NCBI GenBank assembly: GCA_965603825.1
Contig: CBFDEM010000041.1
Location: 434,001-498,000, forward strand
Length of the DNA: 64,000 bases
DNA from: Blepharisma stoltei ATCC 30299
Taxonomy: Eukaryota > Protista > Ciliophora
Direction of reading: 5' to 3'
Part shown: piece by piece, positions 29,193 through 42,424 of the stretch
Layout of the letters: every line of letters begins with the position of its first letter
Position numbering within the stretch: the stretch's first letter is position 1
Position numbers and translations under genes: made by a program
Notes under the pieces: generated by a model
What the model saw: the letters and a program-made list of their open reading frames with translations, nothing else
Told to the model about the DNA's origin: nothing
Database searches by the model: none

Positions 29193-29735
29193 CTAAAATA
29201 TCCTGTTTGATCCCACTGGCCATGGAACATCCAAAGCTTTCTTGTGATGGACGATTGGGACATAAGGAATTGCTAATTCAATCCCATTCATCCACTTCTC
29301 CAAAGCAATGCAGCAAGAGAGTCTAGAATGTGGAGAAACAAACCCTATTGCCCTCACGAGCTGGTTGTACTCAGTTTTTCCAATGTCTTTCAAATAATTC
29401 ACCCAAGGCTCGAAAACCACGACTTGGCATTCACTGCAAACAGCACCATATCTCATATTATCTGGAGGATTTTCAGTTTCTGGAGCATGCAAGTCTCCTC
29501 CTCTACAGCTGCAAGGTATGGGGACATTGTTTTTCTGCAAAGCGTACATCATTGACTCGCCTTCGTAGCCTGGGATTACACGCTTATTTCCTTCTTGATC
29601 AATGACATTGATCCACACTGTTTTGTCAGTAACTTTTGGAATTTTAGATTTTTGATGAGATTGGATTTGGCCTGCGAGTTTGACTGTGACTTTGGATAGG
29701 TTGGAAACCTTGAAAGAAACTCGAGAGCAGAACAT
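29193..29735 (-). CDS. Mitochondrial 2Fe-2S ferredoxin-like protein (possible complex I ferredoxin subunit)
   Basis: Presequence; WINVIDQEGNKRVIPG; CRGG..CSECQV..SRLSCCI. Confidence 0.8.
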   Translation of the reverse strand: MFCSRVSFKVSNLSKVTVKLAGQIQSHQKSKIPKVTDKTVWINVIDQEGNKRVIPGYEGESMMYALQKNNVPIPCSCRGGDLHAPETENPPDNMRYGAVCSECQVVVFEPWVNYLKDIGKTEYNQLVRAIGFVSPHSRLSCCIALEKWMNGIELAIPYVPIVHHKKALDVPWPVGSNRIF

Positions 29736-30165
29736 ATTTATTATATGAAATTATTTTTGTTTTATTTAAGCTCGAAATAAATAAGATTTTTACAATTATA
29801 GATTCTGAAGATTTATTGATATTGATTCTAATAAATATACCCCGATTCAAAGCAGAGATTGGGCTATAGTGGTTTTATTTAATTTAATTAGAAATAATTA
29901 ATTGTTAGAATATGGAATTAAATAAGTGCTCTTAAAATTAATCAACGAACTCTCAAATGCTTAATAATTTGCAAAAATATTTCATGGTTTAATTTATTAT
30001 ATTTTTCAAAGCAATGTTTCAGAGCATTTTCAATGCTAATAAAAACTTTAATTTTTCAATTACTTTAAATGCAATTCTAAATTTCATACCTTTTTCATTT
30101 ATTATCCTGGACAACCAATCTTACAAAATTATTAAAATAAAGCATTAATCCTTGTGATTAATAAA

Positions 30166-32010
30166 ATGGCAGTCTTCCAAAACGATGTGACAAGGTCAAT
30201 CCAAATGAACGTTCGCAAGTCCAAACTTCACTCCACCTCTGAGTCCACAATTTTGGTCGTTTACACCGGTGGCACGATTGGAATGGTTAAAAGTGAGAGC
30301 GGTTATATCCCCGAAAGCAACATCTTTCAAAACTCACTCCGCTCAAATATTCGCTTCCACGACGCAGAAGAGCATCATCGCCGTTTATCTCACCCAGGCT
30401 ACTCAAAAGACTTCTTTATCACACCTCTTTCTTTTTATAACAAACGAATTATCTATAAAATTCTCCAAATGGTTCCTCTGCTTGATTCAAGCTGTATGTC
30501 AGTGCGAAATTGGATTCAAATTGCTGAAGTTATTGAAGAAAACTACAAACTTTATGATGGGTTCGTCATTCTCCATGGGACTGATACAATGCCATATACT
30601 GCTTCAATTTTGAGCTTTATTTTGGAAGACTTAGGAAAGCCAGTTATCATTACAGGGTCACAGATTCCTTTTTCTGAAATAAGAAATGATGCAGTTGATA
30701 ACTTATTAGGAGCTATTACGATAGCTGGACATTTTGCGATCCCAGAAGTTGGCCTTTATTTTAATAACAGGCTATATAGAGGGAATAGAACTTGCAAATA
30801 CGACAATTCATCGTTTGAACCTTTTAAAAGTCCTAATATGAGGTGTCTTATAAAGGCTGGGATAAATTTTAAAGTGAACTGAAACCTTATCAGGATGCCA
30901 CACAAAGGAGGGAAATTCAGAGTCCATAAAGACCTCGACAGCAACATTTCAGTTGTAAGCTTTTCTCCAATTATGACAGAAGAGTCTCTATTAGCTAGTA
31001 TAAATCCCCACACGAAAGCAATTATCATTCAAACTTATGGCGCTGGAAATATTCCTGACAATCGGCCAGAATTATTAGACGCTTTAAAAAGAGCGAACGA
31101 AAGAGGAATTGTGATAGTGAACATCACTCAATGCAAAAAAGGAGGAGTTTCAGACAGTTATCATTGTGGACAAATCCTTGGGAGGGCTGGAGTCATTTCA
31201 GGAAGAGACATGACTTTTGAAGCTGCCTTATGCAAACTGAGCTATTTGTTAGGAAAATACCCTGGGGAACCTGAAAAAGTTAAGAGTGAGGTGTCAAAGG
31301 ATTTGAGAGGAGAAATGACAATTGACCCAGAGGAGATAGATTTTTCACTTACTATGAAAGAAATTATTAAAACGATTGGCAATGTGTTAGGAATTTATAC
31401 CCAACAAGACAGAGACGATGTAACTGAAGAAATTCTACCAATTATCATAAATACAGCAGCTGCGCAAGACAATATTAGAGAGCTGACACAAATCAGACAC
31501 GAAGGCATTAGCTTGGAGCTGTGTGATTATGAAGGGAAAACCCCTCTTCATGTAGCTTGCAGCACAGGCAAAAAAGAAATTGTTTCATTTCTTGTAAGGC
31601 AAGAAGTGAATATCAATTCAATTGATTCTCAAGGCAGAACGCCATTGATGGAAGCCATAAATCATGGGCATTTTGAAATTGCTAGAGAATTAATCAAATT
31701 TGGAGGGATCATTAGCTGTCCAAATGAACAGCTCGCACCAATGCTCTGTTATGCTGGGATGAGAGGTGACCTGAATAAAGTTAAAATCTTATACAAGTCA
31801 GGGGTAAATATCAATGTAATAGATTACGATAAAAAAACTGTAGGACATTTAGCAGCTGCAAATAATCATTTGGATGTGATTCGGTACTTAAAGAATAAAA
31901 CTGACTATAAATTTGATGCAAAAGACAATAATGGAATGACTCCTGCAGAGATTGCAGAATATAAAGGGTTTCTGGAAATCTCAAATTGCATTAAGAATAC
32001 AGATCAATAA
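30166..32010 (+). CDS. ASPG: Type I L-asparaginase/lysophospholipase with ankyrin repeats
   Basis: YTGGTIGM, LDSS, HGTDTM, TGSQIP, RGNR, TYGAGN, DMTFEAA; C-terminal ankyrin repeats; TGA at 30880. Confidence 0.93.
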
Positions 32011-32262
32011 TACTCACATTTAATAGATTTATTTAAACAAAAAGTGAAATTAATTTTTTAATGGTCTCTGCTTTTATAAGCATGAATTTCTTGATATATT
32101 AAGTCCATTATAATAATACAATGCAAGCAGAATATTAAAATGCATAGTTTTCTCCAAAAATAAGCTAGAAAGCTGTGCATCTAAATTCTATGATTTAAAA
32201 TTCATTATTTTTTATCCTGCTTATACGCCTTAATGCTTATCTAGAAAAATTCAATAAAATTA

Positions 32263-33381
32263 ATGGAGGAACCAAATCAAGAAAATCCCTCAAGCCATGA
32301 TTTTAGTCTACTTATTAAAGAAATTAATGCTGAAATCGATAAGGTTTCTATACTCGATACTAAAGTTGAGGAAATAGAGACTTGCTATTCTCTTAAGCCA
32401 TGATCTTTTAATGGAAATTTGGAAAGTTTAAAATCTGATATTCAAATTAAACTAGAAAGCCTAGGCTTATTTAAAAATAGAAGTGATGAAATTAATAATA
32501 TAGTAAAATTCAACGATGAAGCCAGTCTTATTTACTCAAAATACATGCTAAGCTACAGTAACCTCTGTCATAAAATTGAAAAATTCTTTTTACAAGTTAA
32601 CTTTGATATGACACACTGTTATGGTCTTCCTTCTAACAAAGAATGCACTCTTTTTGTCTACAATCTGGAGGAAGGGAAAAAAGAAAAAGTTGTCATTGAA
32701 GAGCTAAAATCCCTTGACTCCAGCTCATGTTTAATTCAGCTTCAAAATAATGAACTTTTCTGTTATGAGAATAAAGGATCACCATATTATGGGACTAATT
32801 GCTCCTGAATAATTGATTTAAACACTTTTGCAATCAAAAAAGCATTCCCCAGTTGAAATTTGTCCATAGGAGCAGGAGGAATTTACCTGGAAAATAAAGT
32901 AATATTATTTGGAGGATATAGAAGAAGAGATTTCTTAAAGGAATGCTCTCAATTTGATTTGATAAAGCAGAAATGAACCCAGCTCCCACCTATTCTAGTA
33001 GATTCTTACCAAATTTCTTGCGTAGTGTTTAAAGATATCATCCTTCTCTGCGGATTTGTTCACGCAAGGGTTTATATATATGACCTGAGAATAGAAAGCT
33101 GCTCAGAAATCTCTTCTATCAATTTAAATCCTTTGAAACTTAAATCTTTGATGACTGCAAACTCAAGAGCATATGTATTTGAGTATAAGGGTGGGATTTT
33201 CGAGACTGAAACTGAAGATGAATATAATTGAAGTTTCATTGGGAACATTCCCAATGAAAATCTTATTCCTTTTAAAATGTATGACCAAACATTGATCTTT
33301 GCTGAGAGTACGAAGACGGAAAAGGTATCATTTTATAAATTTGACTTAATTGAAAAGAAATTGAGGAAAATATCATATTAA
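32263..33381 (+). CDS. Kelch-like beta-propeller protein
   Basis: One frame through five TGAs; VILFGG..FDLIKQK-W-TQLPP. Confidence 0.8.
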
Positions 33382-33972
33382 ATAATGGAATAATTTTTCT
33401 ATAAAAAATAAATGTTTGGGTATAAATCTAAGTAACGAAACCTTTCTTTGAGCAACTGTGATATTTTGAAATTCGAGGTATTAAATTTTCGAGGGATAAT
33501 TTCAGCAGCAAAAGAATGTGAAAATGTTGTTAGAAATAGCTTTAAATTTGCTTCTTATGACACACATTATCAATTAATTAGTTGCTGCAAGGCTATTGAC
33601 TTATTGCGATTCACTATCATAAAATTTAAGTAAAAATCAAGTAAAATGCTTTACTTGATTGCTTAACATGCTTTAAATCCAATCTAAAAAGAAATTGTAA
33701 AGAAATACGTTTCCATTTTCTGCAAGTGCAAATGAATAAATGAAATAAACTAGAGAGTTAAAAAATGCACTAATTTGTTTTCCTATAAACCCTATCAATT
33801 TTTCATAATTTGTCTGGCATTCAAACAAAAACTGATGGTCTGCAACATATTGATAATCATTTCAAAATCTAACTTCCTAAGCTTTCTGCAAGTATTCAGT
33901 CTCTTAATAATAAAATCTTACATTTTACCCATTTTTATAGAAGAATCAAGTATTAGACAAAATAATAATCGA

Positions 33973-36900
33973 ATGCTGCAAGAAAATGGAATTGAGGACA
34001 TTGCCAAACAGTATTGGCAAAAAGGCAACGAATGCTATCAAGAAAGCAACTTAATTGAAGCCTTAGAAAACTATCACTCTGCGGTTAATGAAAACCCCGC
34101 CCTTTTTGAGGTTCATTGTTTAATAGGCAAAATTTTATATGAATTTGGGAACTATGAAGATGCTGTCGACGCATTTAACCATGCAATATTGAAAAACCGT
34201 GAGTACCCCGAGTCATTCTTGCAGAAAGGTCAAGCTCTATGCGAGCTTGGAGACTTTGAGGAATCAGTAAGATGTTTTGATATAATCATAGATAAATGGC
34301 CTGATTATGCAGCTGCCTATGTAAACAAAGCAATTTGTTTACTCCGTCAAAGTAAAGGCAAGGAAAAAAATGCACTTGACTGCTGCAATAAAGCTCTAAA
34401 GTACAAGCCTAATTACCCAAGTGCCCAATTCGTTAAATCCATTTCTTTTTATAAATTAGGTGAAATTGAAAAAGCTAACCAATGCTATGAAGCTGGGTCA
34501 AAGTCTGCTGTTTTAGATTCTTTTGATTTAAACTGCAAAGCTTCAGTCTTACTTCTTCTTGGCAAAAAGGAAGATGCATTAGAGTGCTATAGTGAGGTCA
34601 TCACTAAGAATCCTGACTGCTATCAAGCCCACTACAAAAAAGGAGCCCTTCTTTACGAGCTGGGGCAATATTGAGAGTCAATTGATTGCTTTAACAGTGC
34701 TATAAGCCTCAATCCAACCAACCTTGATGCCTATTTCAATATGGGAAACTCAAAAGCAGCGATTGGAGAAAATGAAGATGCCATCGCGTTGTATGATAAA
34801 GCTTTAGAATTTGATCAGGATAGCTCTAAAGTATACCACCGAAAAGGAGATGCATTATATAAGCTAGGTGACTACCAAGAATCAATTAAGTGCTATAATG
34901 CTGCAATTCAGCTTGAGCCAAAAAATGCAGAACTTTATAAAAAATTAGGAAATGCATATGATGAGATAGGAAGCCAAGATCTCGCCTTGAAGAATTATAG
35001 TGAATCTAGTAAACTGAATAGAGACGATATAGAAACCCACTATAACGCTAGTCTTATATTAAAGAAGCTGCAAAGGCATGAAGAAGAAATAAAATGCTAC
35101 AATGAAATAATCCGAATTGACCCTAAAGATATTCAGGCGTATCTTGAAAAAGGCAACGCGCTGAGCATTTTAGGAAGAAATAAAGAGGTAGTCAAGTGCT
35201 ACACAGAAGTTATAAGCATAAATCCAGATGATGCAAACACTCATTATAATTTAGGAAATGCGCTTTCTGAGTTGGATAGACTGGAAGAGGCAGTAAAGCA
35301 TTATGATAAGGCAATTAAAATAGAGCCGAGTTACACAGATGCCTTCTTTAATAAAGGAATTGCACTAAAGCAACTTGAAAAATTCCACGAATCTCTAGAC
35401 TGCTTTAACAAAATCTTAGAGAACTCTCCCAACGATGCCGAAGTCCTTGTAAAAAAGGGCCAGATTTTAGATGAATTAAATCGATATGAAGAAGGACTAA
35501 GTAGCCTAAAGCAAGCAATAAAACTTAGCCCAAACAACGCTGAAGCTCATTACTACAAAGGAATCATTTTATTCGAGCTAGACCGCTATGAAAAATCTAT
35601 TAAGTCTTATAACAGAGCTATCAAGAATAATCAAGACTATGCTTTAGCATACTATAACAAAGGAATTGCCTTAAAGAAGTTAAATAAATTAGACGAAGCC
35701 CTGAAATGCTATAAAACAGCAATCAATAAAAACCCTAAATGCACAGATGCATTCCATAACATGGGAATTCTCCTATTTGAACAAGGGAAATTCGACGAAG
35801 CAATTCAGAGCTTTGATTCAGCGATCTCTTTGGATCCTAGATATGAGCAAGCATACTATCATAAAGGAATTGTTCTTAACCAAAAAGGAGTATACGATGA
35901 AGCAATAAAATGCTATGACAAAGCAATTGAAATTGATCAAATGTTTGCAAAGGCATATTACAACAAGGGGAATGTCCTTTCTAAACTTTTGAAGTTCAAA
36001 GACGCTGTTGAATCATATAATAAAAGCCTTCAGATTGAGCCTGGCTATGCCAATGCCCACTATAATAAAGGCAATGCTCTCTGTAAATTAGGAGAGTATA
36101 GAGAAGCTATTAAATCATATAACGATACCATCGACATAAACCCTGAATATGAAGGAGCCTATAACAGTAAAGGAAATGCGCTTTATAAACTTGAGGAATA
36201 CAAAGAAGCTGTGGAGTGCTACAATATGGCGATTTTAATAAACCCTGAAAATGCTAACGCGTATTATCTTAAAGGTGATGTCTTATACAAAACAGATAAA
36301 TTTGAAGACGTGATTGAGTGCTGCAATATCGCTATAAGCGTAAACAATGAATACACAGACGCTTATTATCTGAAAGGAAATGCACTTTATAAATTGCATA
36401 ATTATGATGATGCGATTGCTCATTATGATATCACGATTAAGCTTAACCCAGAGCATGCAGGTGCATTTTATAATAAAGGAAACTGTCTTAAGGAGCTAAA
36501 TAAATTAGACCAGGCCATTCTCTGTTTTAATGAAGCCATCAGAATAAATCCTGATTACGCAGATGCTTATACAAGGAAAGGAAATGCACAGATGCAGTTA
36601 GGGAACCTTGACGAAGCAATTGAGTGTTACTCAGTCACAATGTCAATTCAGCCAAACTGCTATGAAGCTTACAGCAGCAGAGGATTTGTTCAATTTCAAA
36701 TGGGAAAATTTAAAAAAGCAATAGAAAGCTATAATTTGGCCATAAGCAAGCAGCCTGAAGATCCATGTGTTTACTTTCTCAAAGGAGAAGCTTTTGATCA
36801 AGATGGAAAGCCTGAAAAAGCTATAGAATGCTATGATAAAGCTATCAGTAAAAAGCCTGATTATAGCGAAGCTTATAACAGCAGAGGTAATTCTTTCAAA

Positions 36901-39900
36901 AAAAAGGGAGATCTTAATAAGGCAATTTTAAGCTACAACGAAGCAATCAAAATTAACCAGAATTATGCAGAAGCTCACAACAATAAAGGGCTTATTCTTA
37001 AAGAGATTAATAAATATGATGATGCCTTACAATGCTTTAGTAAGGCCATTGAGATTAAAGGAAATTTTGAAGATGCTCATTATAATAAAGGCGAGGTTTT
37101 AGTAAAGTTGGAACAATATGAAGAATCAATACCCTGCTTCTCTGAGGCCATTGCGTTGAATCCAAATTCAGTAAAAGCGCATTATCTGCGAGGAGTGAGT
37201 TTGTTTAAAAGCGACAATTATGAGCATGCACTCCAATCTTTTAATTCAGTGATTCGGTTGGATCCAAACCATTCTGGAGCTTATTATCACAAAGGAAAAT
37301 GCTTAGCAAAATTAGGGAGACTTGAAGAGTCAATAGAAAGTTTCAATGTTGCAATTCGACTCGACCCTGAAGGGCCATATGCTTATCATGAAAAAGGAGT
37401 CGTGCTAAATGAAGTGAAAAAATATGACGAAGCTATCGAGTCTTATAATGCCACTATCCGTATAAAGCCTGATTTTGCAGATGTTTACAAAGACAAAGGG
37501 ATTTCTCTATACAATAAAGATCGCTTTCAAGAAGCCCTTGATTGCCAAATAACAGCAATTAATCTAAATCCATCATTTGCAGATGCACACTACCACAAAG
37601 GCAGCAACCTATTTAAGCTCAATAAATTTCAAGAAGCCCTGGCTTCCTTTAAAGAAGCAATTAAGATTAGCCCAGACTATGGAAGCGCGCATTATGGGAA
37701 AGCAAACGTATTAACGAAACTCGGAAAACTTGAAAAAGCTGCAAGAAGCTATAACAGAGCAATTGGCTTGAACCCAGAATCACCAGACTATTGGTATAAT
37801 AAAGGTAATGGGCTGCTGAAGCTAGAAAAGTATTCTGATGCAATCAAGTGCTATAATGAAGCTCTTAAGCTAAATGCAAATAGCGCAGAAGTCTATTATT
37901 TTAAGGGGGAATCATTGGCTAAATTGGGAAAGCTAGACTATGCTATCCAATGCTATAATCATGCAATAAGGATAAATAAAGATTACCTTGAAGCTTATTA
38001 TAGCAAAGGGAAAATATTTTACGAATCGAACAGATATAAGGATTCTATAGAGCCATTTAATATGGCTATAAGACTCAATCCAGACTACCTGCCTGCTCAC
38101 TATAATAAAGCGAAATCATTTGTTGAGTTGAAAAAGTATGAAAAAGCAAAAGATTCTTTTAATGAAGCCTTGAGACTTAATCCAAAAGATGCTGGGATTT
38201 TGAATGAAAAAGCAATGACCTTATATAAACTCGGTAAATATGAAAAATCTGTGCAATATTTCGATATGGCCCTCAAAATTAACCCGAAGTTGGCAAATGC
38301 GTATTATGGCAAAGCTGAGGTTCTTTTTGAAATGAAAGAGCTCAATGAAGCAATAAAATCATATGATTTAGCGATAAAAATAAATGAAAACTATACAGAA
38401 GCTTATTTGCATAAAGGAAACGCATATGCTGAGCTAAATAAAGAAATTGAAGCTATAGAATCCTACAGCAGAGCCATAGAGATCAACCCAAACTGCATCG
38501 AAGCCTACCAAAACAAAGGGATAGCTCTAGGAAAACTAGACAGACTTGAAGAAGCTCTTGAGTGCTACAATACAGTCATAGAGCTTGACCATAACCACAG
38601 TAAGGCTCACCACTTTAAAGGTAATATTCTTGAACGAATGGATCTCCCTGAAGAAGCAATAGAGTCATTTACTATCGCAAGTAAGATTGATCCTGATTCC
38701 CCAAGCATTTACTATGAAAAAGGAAAACTTTTATCAAAACTTGGAGCTTATTCAGAAGCTCTTGATTGCTATAATTTGACTCTCAGTTTAGATCCAGACT
38801 TTGCTGACTGTTTTTTTGACAGGGGGAAATGCCTTTTGGAACTTAAAAGAAATTCAGAAGCATTGAACTCTTTTAACGAAGCTCTAAGGCTGAATCCAGA
38901 GCTCGCTGAAGCAGTTTACTATAAAGGATTAGCGCTAGAAAAATTGAACAAGTTTGATAAGGCACTCAAATGCTATAATAAGTCTTTTGCAGCAAGCCCG
39001 AGTTCCCCAGATACGTTTTATCATAGAGCCGTTTCTTTGTCTGAACTAGGAAAGCATGAGCAGGCAATTGAAAATTGTGAAATTGCCCTCAGTTTGAATC
39101 CAAGCTACCCAGAAGCCTATTATTATAAAGCAAAATCTTTATCCAGTATTGAAAATTTTGATCAAGCCTTAAAATGTTTAAAAATTGCAATAAAGTTGAA
39201 TCCAAGCTGCAGTGAAGTCTATGATGCCAAAGGAGATATTCTATATAAATTGGGAAACTACGAAGAAGCTGTCAAGTCTTTTGACAAGTCAATAGAGCTC
39301 AGCCCAGAGTGCGTGAACTCTTATTTCCATAAAGGGAATTCTCTCTATGGGCTTGGAAGATATGATGAGTCCATAGCTTGTTATGATCAAGCACTCTCCC
39401 TAAGTCCTAAAGATGCTAAAATATGGAATGCGAAAGGCAACGTGCTATTCAGACAAGAAAGTTTTAAAGAAGCCCTGAAATGCTATAATCGAGCACTTAA
39501 AAATTCGCCTGACTATGCTGATGCATATCATAACAAGGGGGATACCTTAAATAAACAGGGAAAGTTAGAAGAGGCGATAAGAAGTTACAATTCTGCAATT
39601 ATAATCGACCCAACGAATGCAGACCACTATTACAATAAAGCTAACACTCATTATGAGCTCGGTCAATATGAGGAATCAATTGAAAGCTATAACGCAGCCA
39701 TCAAACTGAACCCAAGAGACGTGGACTCATACAATAACAAAGGTCTGGTGCTAGATTCTATAGGCAAGTGTGAAGATGCAATAAAATGTTATGACTCTGC
39801 AATTGGAATTGACCCGTATTATGCTGACGCTTATTACAATAAAGTTAACGCTTTATCAACGTTGGGGGAATATGAAGAATCTTTAGATTGTATAAATGAA

Positions 39901-41715
39901 GCCATCAAAAAAAATCCTGATTTTGCGAATGCTTACTATATTAAAGGGAATGTGCTATACAAACTTGGGAGAAGTGCTGAATCCATTGAATGCTATAATG
40001 ATGCGATTAGACTTGATCCTGACCATTGTGATGCTTACCATGCAAAAGGTATCATTCTAGATGAAAAGAAAGATTATGCAAGCGCATTGGAATGTTATAA
40101 TGAGGTCATACGAATAAATCCCAATGATGTAAGTGCTTATACTTATAAAGGAAACGTTTTATATAAAAGAGGACGATCTCCTAAAGCTACAAAATGCTAC
40201 AAACAAGCAATTGCAATAGATCCTAACTATTCTGACGCTTATTATTATCTAGGAAATGTGCTTTTCCAGCTAAATAAATTAGAAGAAGCCATTGAGTATT
40301 ATAGCTTGGCAATAAAAAAGGGCCAGAACTATGATAAAACCTTGTATTATTGTGCCAGAGGAGGCGCCTATAATGCAATGGGCTATGAGCAGCATTCGTT
40401 GGAAGACTTCAATACTGCTTATGCACTTTCTCAAGGAAAAATTACAAGCATTCTTACAAAGGGTAAAATAAATGTAATAAATTTGACTATAGCTGAGGAG
40501 CGGACAGAATTAATAAAAACAGTCAAACAGCTGCAGCAAAAAGCTGCTCAGCTAAGACAAAAACTAGAGGATAGTAAAGAAGCAGCTAAAGATAATGAAA
40601 AAATGAAGATTCAAATGGATGAGGAATTCTACATAATCAAACAAGTGAAGACACAAGTAGTCAAAAAAGTCCTTTCTATTATAGATCCAAATTGCAAGGA
40701 GTGGGAAAAAGATGAAAAGGATAATAAAATGAGGGAATTCGACGGTGATCTGCTTAAATATGTGAAAGAACTTGAAATCAGAATGATTGAAGAAGAGAAC
40801 TATTTTAAGCAAAGGCTGCATGAAATGGACGAAGGCAAAGTTGGCGTTGATGAGATAGAGTACAATGCCAGAATAGTAAACCCAGCCATAAGGAATAACG
40901 AAGATTTAAAATTATATTATTCTGCGCTCTATGACAGGTTGCACACCGCATTATTTGAGTCTGAAGTCATTTGTGGGGGAAACATAGCATTAAAGACTAC
41001 TTATGTGACAACAAGAGCATTTTCTCTTTTCTTTACATTGATCCCAGTTTTTGGCAGAATCTTAAGTGCTGGGTTTAATTTGGCATTGGATACATTGAAC
41101 GATTATAAGCTCACAGACAAAGCAATTCTGTTTAAAGTTGCCACTGGAAACAATCCGACAGAAAGAGAAAACGTTATCAAAAGAACAGCTGAAAGACTCA
41201 CTCTTAATAGCATAGAAAAAATATCGAAAATCGATAAAAATGTGGAAGTGAAGTATTGGATTACTGAAAGCTTTGTTGAAAAATGCCAAGACTTTTTTGA
41301 CGTTAACATTGATAAGTCACTTTATTTAAAAAAACCACAAATTTTAGGGTGCATTGATGCATTGAAAATCATGTTTTATATTGCGGCTGGCCATTTCCAA
41401 AGAGGGTTGGGCACAGATGAAGCTGTTGATCAATTAATCAGCATCCCTGCTAATTATCGATTTACTAAAGACAAAAGCATAAAGAGCAATAAAGCAAGAA
41501 AAGGGTTCTGTATAGTCTTCTCAGTTCATCAGATTATTTATAGCAATGCTTTATTGAACAAGCCTGATTTATTGATGAGGATTAGTCAAAAAACAGGATT
41601 TGAATTAGCTAAAGTTATTGAAATAAGTGACAAGATGCATAATTTAGGGTTCAAGTTAGAAGATCTTGAATGTGATTTATTGTGTGAGCTTATTGCATCA
41701 TTTGAGAGAATCTAA
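33973..41715 (+). CDS. Giant TPR protein (about 2580 aa, about 60 TPRs) with coiled coil and unknown C-terminal domain
   Basis: Continuous 34-aa AYYNKG..L..Y.EAI.CY..AI..NP units; single TGA at 34672; no introns needed. Confidence 0.93.
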
Positions 41716-42424
41716 ATAATTAATATTATTAAATCTCTATATTTTATTTACTATTCAATTTTAATTCTGATTTTATTAGCCTACAGCTAGCCAAGCAGCA
41801 TAATCGAAAATATCCTAAAATAATTACTCTTATAAGCACTGAGTAAAGTTCTATCACTACTAAATTGTGCAAAATCAATCAAGCACTGAGAAAACTACTG
41901 ACGCTTATTCCACAGCCTACATTAATGCCTAGAATTTCGTTAATGCATATCAATTTCAAATCTAAAACTGCAGTATCCGCAAACTTCAGTAAACCTCTAT
42001 TAGTAGTTTCGATTATAGAAAGCATTCTCCTTCTTTATCAGAAGATATTTGAAGATGACATATTAATTATTAATTAACAAAAATAAAGCTGCTTACTTGC
42101 CTTAAAAGTTTTATTTTTGCTCTTTGAAAGAAAAGAAGATAAAATTTAGAATTTTGTGTAATTAGATTAAATAGCGATAAAAACTAAAATATCATTTAAA
42201 GTGGCATTATTATATGGTTCTATAGCCTAATTAAAGTATACTCTGGTTCTTATGCAGGCAACAACTTTATCAATTGTTCAGAAACCAACGGTTATATAGT
42301 TTTTTGCATAGGTGCCTTCTCTCAATAAGAAAAAAGAAATTATTGTCTGAAGATACCATACTTACTAAATGCATAATTTATTATAATAGATATATGAAAT
42401 ATTGCTGCATCTTTAGTTTATTTT

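Noticed and set aside
33775-33972. N-terminal hydrophobic extension of the TPR ORF
   Set aside because: Starts at TTG in AT-rich DNA; the TPR-proximal ATG at 33973 is more plausible.
41716-42424. Short ORFs 41865 and 42274, and similar ones at 33448 and 60843
   Set aside because: Non-ATG starts, intergenic-like composition and no domains.
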